Origin: Chloroflexia bacterium
GTDB lineage: Bacteria > Chloroflexota > Chloroflexia > Thermomicrobiales > CADCWN01
Assembly: GCA_046328475.1 (NCBI GenBank)
Contig: JAXLWN010000019.1
Coordinates: forward strand, 12,323 to 76,322
Direction: 5' to 3'
Length of the DNA: 64,000 nucleotides
The translations under genes and the position numbers were made by a program. The notes under the pieces were generated by a model. It saw only the letters and a program-made list of their open reading frames with translations, was not told where the DNA came from and did not search any database. Position 1 is the stretch's first letter. Each line of letters begins with the position of its first letter. This document shows positions 27,882 through 34,851 of this stretch, piece after piece.

Positions 27882-29749
27882 GTCGCCTCGCCGCGCTGTT
27901 CCGCCGCGACGGACGATCGGTCGATCCCGATGAGCTGGCCCGGATGCTCGCCGCGCAGGAGCATCCGGGCCAGGTTGGCGTGGCGACGTGGGTCTCCGGG
28001 GCGGTCGGGCTCGGCGAGCGGCTGCGGCCGACCACGGGGCCGGGGCAGGGCACCATCGCCGGGCTGCCGGGTGGCGATGCGCTGGCAATCGCGGCGGAGG
28101 TGCGGCTCGACAATCGCGACGAACTGATCGCGGGGCTGGGGCTGCGCGGGCGCGAGAGCGAGATCGCCGATGCCGAGATTATCCTGCACGCCTATCGCGC
28201 GTGGGGCGAGGGGTGCTCGGCGCGGTTGATCGGCGATTTCGCGTTTGCGCTGTGGGACGGCGGGCGGCAGACGCTCTTTTGCGCCAGGGATCCGCTGGGG
28301 GTGCGGCAACTCCACTACGCCGCGAATGACCATTTCTGCGCGGTGGCAACGTCGCTGCCGGGGGTGCTGGCCCTGTCGGCGGTTTCGCGGCGGCTGGATG
28401 AGGGAAAGGTTGCGGAGTTCCTGACGCCCGGTCCGGAGGATCTGGCGCGCACGTTTTTTCGCGACATCGCGCGCCTGCCAGCGGGACACGCGCTGGTTGT
28501 GACCGCCGAGCGGGTACGCGTCGCGCCCTACTGGTCGTTCGCGGGCCAGCGCGAGGTGCGTTACCGGCGCGACGAGGAGTATGGCGAGGCGTTCCGCGCG
28601 CTCTTCGGCGAGGCGGTGCGCTGCCGGTTGCGGAGCGTCGCACCGGTGGGGGCGATGCTGAGCGGCGGGCTCGATTCTTCGTCGGTCGTCTGCGTGGCGC
28701 GGCAGGAGCGCGCGGCGGACGCGAACGAGCTCTTGCCGACGTTCAGCCTGATTTTCCCGCAGACGCCAGCCGCCGATGAGCGTGAGTATGCGCAGGCGGT
28801 GATCGATGGCGGGGGGCTGGAGCCGCATTTCGTCGATGGTGACGCGGTCAGTCCGCTGGTCGGGATCGACCGCCTGCTGGCGCTGGCGGGGCAGCCCTAC
28901 TGGGGGCCGTCGCTCTGCCTCCAATGGGAGACCTACGCGGCGGCGCGGCGGCGCGGCCTGGGGGTGCTGCTCGATGGCACCGGGGGCGACCAGGTGGTCT
29001 CGTTCGGGCTGGAGTTGCTGACGGAACTGGCGATGCGCGGTCGCTGGGTGGCGCTCGGGCGGGAGATCGCGGGATTGCGGCGCAATTTCGGCTTCGGGGC
29101 GGGCTATCTCCTGCGGGGCTACGCGATCAGCCCCCTGATCCCGGAGCCGCTGCGCCGGGTGCGGCGGCGCTGGCAGCGCGGCGCGATGCAGCAGCAGGCG
29201 ACGGGGTTCATCGCCGCGCCGTTCGCCGCGCGGCTCGGCGAGCGTCGGCAGCCCGCGCCGGGGAGGCGCGCGGCGCGGGACCGGCACGCGGCGACCTTGC
29301 CGCAGCAGCTCCTGCGCGACGTTTTCGACCAGGCGGCGGCGACGTTCGGGATCGAGCCGCGCTATCCGTTCCTCGACCGGCGGGTGGTGGAGTTCTGCCT
29401 GGGGCTGCCGGCCGAGCAGAAGCTGGCGCGGGGGATGACGCGCGCGATCGTCCGCCGCGCCCTCGGCGACCTGCTGCCACCGGCGGTGCGCGACCGGACG
29501 AGCAAGGCGACGCCCGCGCGGAGCCTGATGCGCAACCTGCTCGCCCACGAGCGCGAACGCCTCGACGCGGCGATCCTCGGGGAGCCGCCGCCGGTGGTGC
29601 GGGAATATATCGACGTGGACGCGCTCCGCGCGGCGTACCTGGCCTATCGCGAGCGCGGGGCGGGGGAAGCGACGTGGCTCGAGGTCGCGCGAATCTGGAA
29701 GACGGCGGTGCTGGCGATCTGGTTGCGGGGAGACACATTCGCGTGGTGA
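27878..29749 (+). CDS. lasso-peptide cyclase C (asparagine-synthetase B-like)
   Basis: 623 aa: GDFAFALWDGGRQTLFCARDPLGVRQLHY and the PP-loop MLSGGLDSSSVV. The GTG start overlaps the B2 stop (GTGA). Confidence 0.9.
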   Translation: MSRLAALFRRDGRSVDPDELARMLAAQEHPGQVGVATWVSGAVGLGERLRPTTGPGQGTIAGLPGGDALAIAAEVRLDNRDELIAGLGLRGRESEIADAEIILHAYRAWGEGCSARLIGDFAFALWDGGRQTLFCARDPLGVRQLHYAANDHFCAVATSLPGVLALSAVSRRLDEGKVAEFLTPGPEDLARTFFRDIARLPAGHALVVTAERVRVAPYWSFAGQREVRYRRDEEYGEAFRALFGEAVRCRLRSVAPVGAMLSGGLDSSSVVCVARQERAADANELLPTFSLIFPQTPAADEREYAQAVIDGGGLEPHFVDGDAVSPLVGIDRLLALAGQPYWGPSLCLQWETYAAARRRGLGVLLDGTGGDQVVSFGLELLTELAMRGRWVALGREIAGLRRNFGFGAGYLLRGYAISPLIPEPLRRVRRRWQRGAMQQQATGFIAAPFAARLGERRQPAPGRRAARDRHAATLPQQLLRDVFDQAAATFGIEPRYPFLDRRVVEFCLGLPAEQKLARGMTRAIVRRALGDLLPPAVRDRTSKATPARSLMRNLLAHERERLDAAILGEPPPVVREYIDVDALRAAYLAYRERGAGEATWLEVARIWKTAVLAIWLRGDTFAW

Positions 29750-29771
29750 TGCGGCATAGAAGTCCAGCTAC

Positions 29772-29800
29772 TTGACACACCATGGGCGCATCCTGATAAT
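29772..29800 (+). promoter_or_regulatory. candidate strong sigma-70 promoter for the precursor genes
   Basis: Perfect TTGACA (29772-77), a 17-nt spacer, then GATAAT (29795-29800). It sits in the AT-richer cyclase/precursor intergenic region, about 75 nt upstream of the A1 start. Confidence 0.55.
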
Positions 29801-29874
29801 ACGTACATTGTCCATTGCCTCCATTTCAGCCCGCGACCTGCCCCTTGTGTGTACTCAAGAAGGAGCAGCGAAAC

Positions 29875-30048
29875 GTGAAGACGCCGCGCCAGGGGTCGGT
29901 GACGTTGGTGCCGGGCGAGGGTGCCCGGGCGAAGCAGATCTGGGAAACGCCGCAACTGACGACGCACGGCACGGTGGGGAAGATCACCGCCGGGGGTGGG
30001 GGCCAGGATCCTGACACCGGCGGCGGCAACAGCGCACTCACCAATTGA
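29875..30048 (+). CDS. lasso peptide precursor A1
   Basis: GTG lies 9 nt after AGGAG. The 57-aa product is (M)KTPRQGSVTLVPGEGARAKQIWETPQLTTHGTVGKITA|GGGGQDPDTGGGNSALTN. The leader has W-17, P-14, L-12, G-8 and T-2. Confidence 0.8.
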   Translation: MKTPRQGSVTLVPGEGARAKQIWETPQLTTHGTVGKITAGGGGQDPDTGGGNSALTN

Positions 30049-30088
30049 TCGACGACTGGTGCTGACACCGAGACAAGGAGAGGAACCG

Positions 30089-30211
30089 ATGGCAAAGCGC
30101 ACCTGGACAACCCCGAAGCTACAGGTCCACGGCACGGTGGCGGAGATTACGGCTGGGGGTGGTGGCCAGACTCCAGACACCGGCGGTGGGAACAGCGGGC
30201 TCCTCCAGTAA
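30089..30211 (+). CDS. lasso peptide precursor A2
   Basis: ATG follows AAGGAGAGG. The 40-aa product is MAKRTWTTPKLQVHGTVAEITA|GGGGQTPDTGGGNSGLLQ. Confidence 0.85.
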   Translation: MAKRTWTTPKLQVHGTVAEITAGGGGQTPDTGGGNSGLLQ

Positions 30212-30284
30212 TCGGCGGGCGGCTGTGTCATGCAGTTGGCCGCATCCTGGGGCTCCTGCTAACGCGTGGGCGACGAGAGAGGCG

Positions 30285-30746
30285 ATGGCGATGCGCACCT
30301 GGGATACCCCGCAGTTGCATGTTCACGGTACCGTGGGACAGATCACCGCCGGGGGCGGCGGGAACTCGCCCGATACGGGGGGCGGGAACAGCGCGCTGGT
30401 GGCTGTGCCATCGGACCGGGCGCTGAAGGAGCGCGTGGTTCCGGTGGACCAGCGGGCGATCTTGCAGCGTGTGGCCGAATTGCCGATCGCGAGCTGGAAC
30501 TACACGGCGCAGCCGCCGTCGATCCGGCACATCGGGCCGATGGCGCAGGATTTCGCGGCGGCGTTCGGGGTCGGCGAGAGCGATAAGCAGATCAACCTGA
30601 TCGATGCCAACGGGGTGGCGCTGGCGGCGATCCAGGCGCTGGCCGCGCAGGTGCAGGCGCAGCAGGTTGAACTCGAACAATTGCGCGCCGAACTGGCGGC
30701 GGTGCGCCGCAGGACCGCCACCGGGCCGGATGACGTCGTCGCCTGA
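30285..30746 (+). CDS. lasso peptide precursor A3 fused to a peptidase-S74-like intramolecular chaperone/self-cleaving domain
   Basis: ATG follows GAGAGAGG. The product is MAMRTWDTPQLHVHGTVGQITA|GGGGNSPDTGGGNSALVAVP-SDRALKERVVPVD...WNY...HIGPMAQDF...LIDANGVALAAIQALAAQVQAQQVELEQL. S43-x4-K48 matches the S74 Ser/Lys dyad spacing. Confidence 0.75.
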   Translation: MAMRTWDTPQLHVHGTVGQITAGGGGNSPDTGGGNSALVAVPSDRALKERVVPVDQRAILQRVAELPIASWNYTAQPPSIRHIGPMAQDFAAAFGVGESDKQINLIDANGVALAAIQALAAQVQAQQVELEQLRAELAAVRRRTATGPDDVVA

Positions 30747-30770
30747 GCGGCGCGCGACGCAGGCTCTGCG

Positions 30771-31679
30771 ATGAGCGCCCTACCGTTCAGCTATCGAGCT
30801 TATGGCCTGACGATCCGCTCCGATCTCGCGCTGCCGGAACTCGCATCCGGCGGCGAGGGGGTCGGGGCGGATGTCGTTGTGCGCTTCGGTGCGGTGGCCG
30901 AGGAGGAGGCGGTCCCGCGCGTCGGGAATACGACGGTGCGGATCGTGCCGGAGGGGATGCAACTGGCCTATCCGGAGGTCGGGCGCTTCCTGGTGCGCGA
31001 GGGGCGCGAGGTCGTGGTCGCGCTCAGGCCCGGTGCGGACGAGCGGGATGTGCGCCTGAGTTTGCTCGGGCCGGTGCTGGCGGTGTTGCTTCACCAGCGC
31101 GGGTTGCTGGTGCTGCACGGGAGCGCGGTGGCGCTGGGTGACGGGGCGGTCGGGCTGCTGGGGCACGCCGGGGCGGGAAAATCGACGCTGGCGGGGGCGT
31201 TCCTGGCGGCGGGCTACCGGCCGCTGGCGGACGATCTGACGGTGGTCGATCTCACAGGGCCGACGCCGACCGCGCTCCCGGGGTTCCCGCAATTGAAGCT
31301 CTGGCCGCAATCGGTGACGGCGCTTGGCGGCAACCCGGAGACGCTGCCGGCGCTGGGGGCGCGGGTGGAAAAACGCGCCCGGCGGCTGGCAGCGGGCTTC
31401 GCGCCAGAGCCGCTGCCGCTGCGACGGCTGTACGTGATCGCGGATGGCGAGCGGGTGGCGAGCGAGCCGCTGGCGGGGCAGGAGGCGTTGGTCGAGTTGG
31501 TGCGGCACTCGTTTTGCGCGGTGCTGCTGCCCGCCGGGGGGCAGGGCGAGCATTTCCGGCAGTGCGCGGCGCTGCTGCGGATGGTGCCGCTGAGCCGCCT
31601 CGCGCGGCCGAAGGAGTTCGCGGCGCTCCCGGCGATCATCCGGGCGATCGCGGGGGAGGCGGGCGATGGCGACCGCTAG
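30771..31679 (+). CDS. HPr-kinase-related kinase (lasso precursor kinase-like)
   Basis: 302 aa. LVLHGSAVALGDGAVGLLGHAGAGKSTLAGAF (P-loop) resembles the HprK C-terminal fold found in lasso clusters. Confidence 0.7.
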   Translation: MSALPFSYRAYGLTIRSDLALPELASGGEGVGADVVVRFGAVAEEEAVPRVGNTTVRIVPEGMQLAYPEVGRFLVREGREVVVALRPGADERDVRLSLLGPVLAVLLHQRGLLVLHGSAVALGDGAVGLLGHAGAGKSTLAGAFLAAGYRPLADDLTVVDLTGPTPTALPGFPQLKLWPQSVTALGGNPETLPALGARVEKRARRLAAGFAPEPLPLRRLYVIADGERVASEPLAGQEALVELVRHSFCAVLLPAGGQGEHFRQCAALLRMVPLSRLARPKEFAALPAIIRAIAGEAGDGDR

Positions 31680-32898
31680 CGCGGCCCACCCCGCCATGCC
31701 AGACGCCGCCGAGGGGTTGCTGATCTGGTGCGCGCGGCCGATCCGCGATGCGGCGGTGGCGGCGCACATCGGCGAGTATGCGGCGGCGATCGAGGATTGG
31801 GAGGCGCTCGAGCGGCTGGCGTGGCGGCACGGCGTGCTGCCGCTGCTGGTGCGCGGCCTGACAGCCCTGCCGCCGGGCGCGGTGCCGCCCGAGGCGCTGG
31901 CGCAACTGCGGGCGCAGTATCTGGAGCGGTCGCAGCGCGCGATGGTCATGACCGGGGAATTGCTCGGGGTGCTGGCCGCGCTGGAGGAGGCGGGGATCGC
32001 GGCGATCCCCTACAAGGGGCCGGTGCTGGCGGCGCAGGCGCACGGGAATGTCTCGCTGCGACAGTTCCGCGATCTCGACATCCTGGTCGCGCCCGGGGAG
32101 GTGGATCGCGCGGAGGCGGTGTTGGCGGCGCGCGGCTACCGCCATGTCGCCCCGCTGACGGCGCTGGAGCGGCGGCTGATCCGACTGGGGGGGAGCGAAT
32201 TCGAGCTGGCGCGGGGCGACGGGACGCTGGTGGAGTTGCACTGGCAACTCTTCGGGCACTATTTCGCGCTGCCGCTCGACCTGGGGGCGCTGCGGGCGCG
32301 GCTGGTGCCGCTGCCGCTGGGCGGGCGAATGGTGCGGACCTTCGCGCTGGAGGATCTGCTGCTGATCCTCTGCGCGCACGGCGGCGACCACAGCTGGGAG
32401 CGGCTGGAGTGGATCGCGGACGTGGCGGCGCTGGTGGCGCGGCAGCCGGATCTCGATTGGGACGCGCTGATCGCGCGGGCGCGGCGGGCGGGGGGGCTGC
32501 GGATGGTCCTGCTGGGGCTGCAGCTGGCGAGCGATCTGCTCGACGCGCCGGTGCCAGATCGGGTGCTGATGCTGGCGCGGGCCGATGGCAGGGTCGGGGC
32601 GCTGGCGGCGGCGATGCGCGCGGCGCTCTTCGATGAGGCGCTGGCGATCCGGCGGTCGGAGCGGCCGATCTACGTCTTCAACCTGGCGATGCGGGAGCGG
32701 CGGCGCGACCGGGTGCATTACTGGCTCAGCCGGGCGTTCGTGCCGACGGTGGAGGATGCGGCATTCGTCGCCCTGCCCGCGCGGCTGCTCCCGCTCTATT
32801 TCCTGCTCAGGCCGTTGCGGCTGATCGCCCTGTTCTGCCTGCGAATCGCCCGACGCGGCCGGGCGACGGGGCGGACATCCGCGCCGACCGGCCCATGA
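31666..32898 (+). CDS. nucleotidyltransferase-family protein (NTP_transf_5-like)
   Basis: 410 aa: IPYKGPVLAAQAHGNVSLRQFRDLDILVAPGEVDRAEAVLAARGY...ELHW. It overlaps the kinase gene by 14 nt. Confidence 0.7.
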   Translation: MATASAAHPAMPDAAEGLLIWCARPIRDAAVAAHIGEYAAAIEDWEALERLAWRHGVLPLLVRGLTALPPGAVPPEALAQLRAQYLERSQRAMVMTGELLGVLAALEEAGIAAIPYKGPVLAAQAHGNVSLRQFRDLDILVAPGEVDRAEAVLAARGYRHVAPLTALERRLIRLGGSEFELARGDGTLVELHWQLFGHYFALPLDLGALRARLVPLPLGGRMVRTFALEDLLLILCAHGGDHSWERLEWIADVAALVARQPDLDWDALIARARRAGGLRMVLLGLQLASDLLDAPVPDRVLMLARADGRVGALAAAMRAALFDEALAIRRSERPIYVFNLAMRERRRDRVHYWLSRAFVPTVEDAAFVALPARLLPLYFLLRPLRLIALFCLRIARRGRATGRTSAPTGP

Positions 32899-34697
32899 TG
32901 CTCGACCTGGGACGCGCGCACCTCGCCTGGCTGGCGACGCTGGCGCGACGACAAGCGCTGGTGGCGCTCGGGCTGCTCTGCGCGGCGGGGCTGACCGAGG
33001 GGACGGGGCTGCTGCTGCTGCTACCACTGCTGCAACTGGTCGGGATCGACGTGGGGCAGGGTGCGCCCGCGCGCCTGGCGCGCGTGGTCGCCGCGGGCTT
33101 CGCGCGGGTGGGAGCGCGACCGACGCTGGAACTCGTGCTGCCGCTCTATGTCGCAATCGTGGGGGTGCAGGCGCTGCTCGTGCGACGGCAGGCGGGCGCG
33201 CAGATCGCGCTGCAATACGCGCTCGTTGACCGGCTGCGCGGGCGATTGTACCGGGCGATCGCGGGGGCGAACTGGCCGTTCCTGTCGCGCCAGCGGATAG
33301 CCGAACTGACGCACGCGCTGACCTCCGAGAGCGACCGGATCGGGGCGGCGACGCAATATCTCGGCCAGTTGTGCGCGGCGGGGCTGGTGGCGGCGGTCTA
33401 CCTGCTGCTCGCGGTGCAGATCTCGGCGGCGCTGACGGGGCTGATCGGGCTGTGCGGGCTGGCGCTGCTGTTCGCGCAGCGGCAACAGCGGCGGCGGGTG
33501 GGGGAGGCGGGCGAGGCGCTGACGCAGTCGTTGCGTCGCTGGCACAGCGCGGCGAGCGAGCTGCTGGGCGGGCTGAAGCTGATCAAGAGCACCGGGTCCG
33601 AGGCGCGGAGCATCGCGCACGCCGACGAACGGATCCGGGCGGTGAGCGCGGCGCACGGCGCGGTGGTGCGGGGGCAGGCGGCGGCGAAGAGCTGGCTCGA
33701 TATCGGCGCGGTGGCCCTGCTGAGCGGGATCGTCTATGTCGCGGTGCGGGGGCTGCACCTGTCGGCGGCGGGGCTGCTGCTGCTGATCTTCCTCTTCGCC
33801 AGGGTGCTGCCCCGGCTGACCGGCGCGATCCAGAGCTACCACAATTACATCGCGCTGCTGCCGGCGGTCGGCGCGGTGCGGGAGCAGCTGGCGCGGTGCG
33901 AGGCGGAGGCGGAGGCACCGAAGGATGCCACCGCGACGTTCGCGCTGCGATCGGCGGTGGCGTTCGAGGGGGTGGAATTCGGGTATGCACCTGGGCAGAC
34001 GGTGGTGGGGCCGCTCGATCTGGTCATCCCGGCGGGGCGGACGACGGCGATCGTGGGGCCGTCGGGCGCGGGGAAGAGCACGCTGGCGGATTTGCTGCTC
34101 GGGTTGCTGGAGCCGACGGCGGGGGCGATCCGCGTCGATGGGCAACCGCTGCTGTCGCAGCAGCGCGGGGCGTGGCAGCGACAGATCGGCTATGTGCCGC
34201 AGGAGGCGCTGCTCTTCCACGATTCGCTGCGGGCGAATGTCTGCTGGGACCGGCCGGAGGCGTCGGAGGGGGAGATCGCTGCGGCGCTGGGCCAGGCGGC
34301 GGCCGAGTTCGCCTGGCTGCTGCCCGAAGGGCTGGACACCGTCGTCGGGGAGCGCGGGACGCGGCTTTCGGGCGGGGAGCGGCAGCGGGTGGCGCTGGCC
34401 CGCGCGCTGCTGCGCAACCCGGCGCTGCTGATCCTGGACGAGGCGACCAGCAATCTCGATGTCGAGAGCGAGGGGCGCATCCTGGCGACGCTGGAGGCGC
34501 TGCACCAGCGGGTGACGATTCTGCTGATCACGCACCGGCTGGCGACGGCCCGGCTGGCCGACACGATCCATGTGCTGCAAGCGGGGCGAATCGTGCAATC
34601 GGGCGATTGGGAAGCCCTGATCACCGACCGAACGGGACAATTCCACGCGCTCTGGCAGACGGCCAGCGTCGAGCAGGTGCCGCCGAGGGTGGGGTGA
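32895..34697 (+). CDS. ABC exporter, fused permease/ATPase (lasso D, McjD-like)
   Basis: 600 aa with 6 TM helices, Walker A GPSGAGKST, the signature LSGGERQRVALARAL and Walker B LLILDEATS. It has an ATGA overlap with the upstream gene. Confidence 0.9.
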   Translation: MMLDLGRAHLAWLATLARRQALVALGLLCAAGLTEGTGLLLLLPLLQLVGIDVGQGAPARLARVVAAGFARVGARPTLELVLPLYVAIVGVQALLVRRQAGAQIALQYALVDRLRGRLYRAIAGANWPFLSRQRIAELTHALTSESDRIGAATQYLGQLCAAGLVAAVYLLLAVQISAALTGLIGLCGLALLFAQRQQRRRVGEAGEALTQSLRRWHSAASELLGGLKLIKSTGSEARSIAHADERIRAVSAAHGAVVRGQAAAKSWLDIGAVALLSGIVYVAVRGLHLSAAGLLLLIFLFARVLPRLTGAIQSYHNYIALLPAVGAVREQLARCEAEAEAPKDATATFALRSAVAFEGVEFGYAPGQTVVGPLDLVIPAGRTTAIVGPSGAGKSTLADLLLGLLEPTAGAIRVDGQPLLSQQRGAWQRQIGYVPQEALLFHDSLRANVCWDRPEASEGEIAAALGQAAAEFAWLLPEGLDTVVGERGTRLSGGERQRVALARALLRNPALLILDEATSNLDVESEGRILATLEALHQRVTILLITHRLATARLADTIHVLQAGRIVQSGDWEALITDRTGQFHALWQTASVEQVPPRVG

Positions 34698-34851
34698 GCG
34701 CGACAGCGCGCGTGTCGGGAAAATCCCCACAAAAGTATCGCTGGCGTCCCGACTGCGATCTGAGGCCCCAGTGTCTAGACTTTGACAGTGGGGGGATGAG
34801 CGGATCGTCGCCGACACCGCCCGGTGGGCGGCGACTGGACGGGATTGAGGA

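Noticed and set aside
26405-29548. 1047-aa minus-strand ORF covering the response regulator, B1, B2 and cyclase genes.
   Set aside because: Its translation is Arg/Pro/Ala-rich low complexity with no recognisable motifs. It lies antisense to four plus-strand ORFs that have clear family signatures. This is a typical stop-codon-poor shadow ORF of GC-rich DNA.
29815-29874. Considered an alternative ATG start (MPPFQPATCPL...) for precursor A1.
   Set aside because: There is no RBS-like sequence upstream of 29815, and the proposed promoter would place the TSS at or after this ATG. The GTG at 29875 has AGGAG at a 9-nt spacing. A start further downstream cannot be excluded.
29750-30800. Considered whether the S74 (tail-fibre chaperone) domain indicates a prophage or tailocin remnant.
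   Set aside because: No capsid, tail, terminase, integrase or lysis genes are nearby. The domain is fused to a peptide that shares its leader and core with two adjacent lasso precursors, and it is embedded in a biosynthetic operon.
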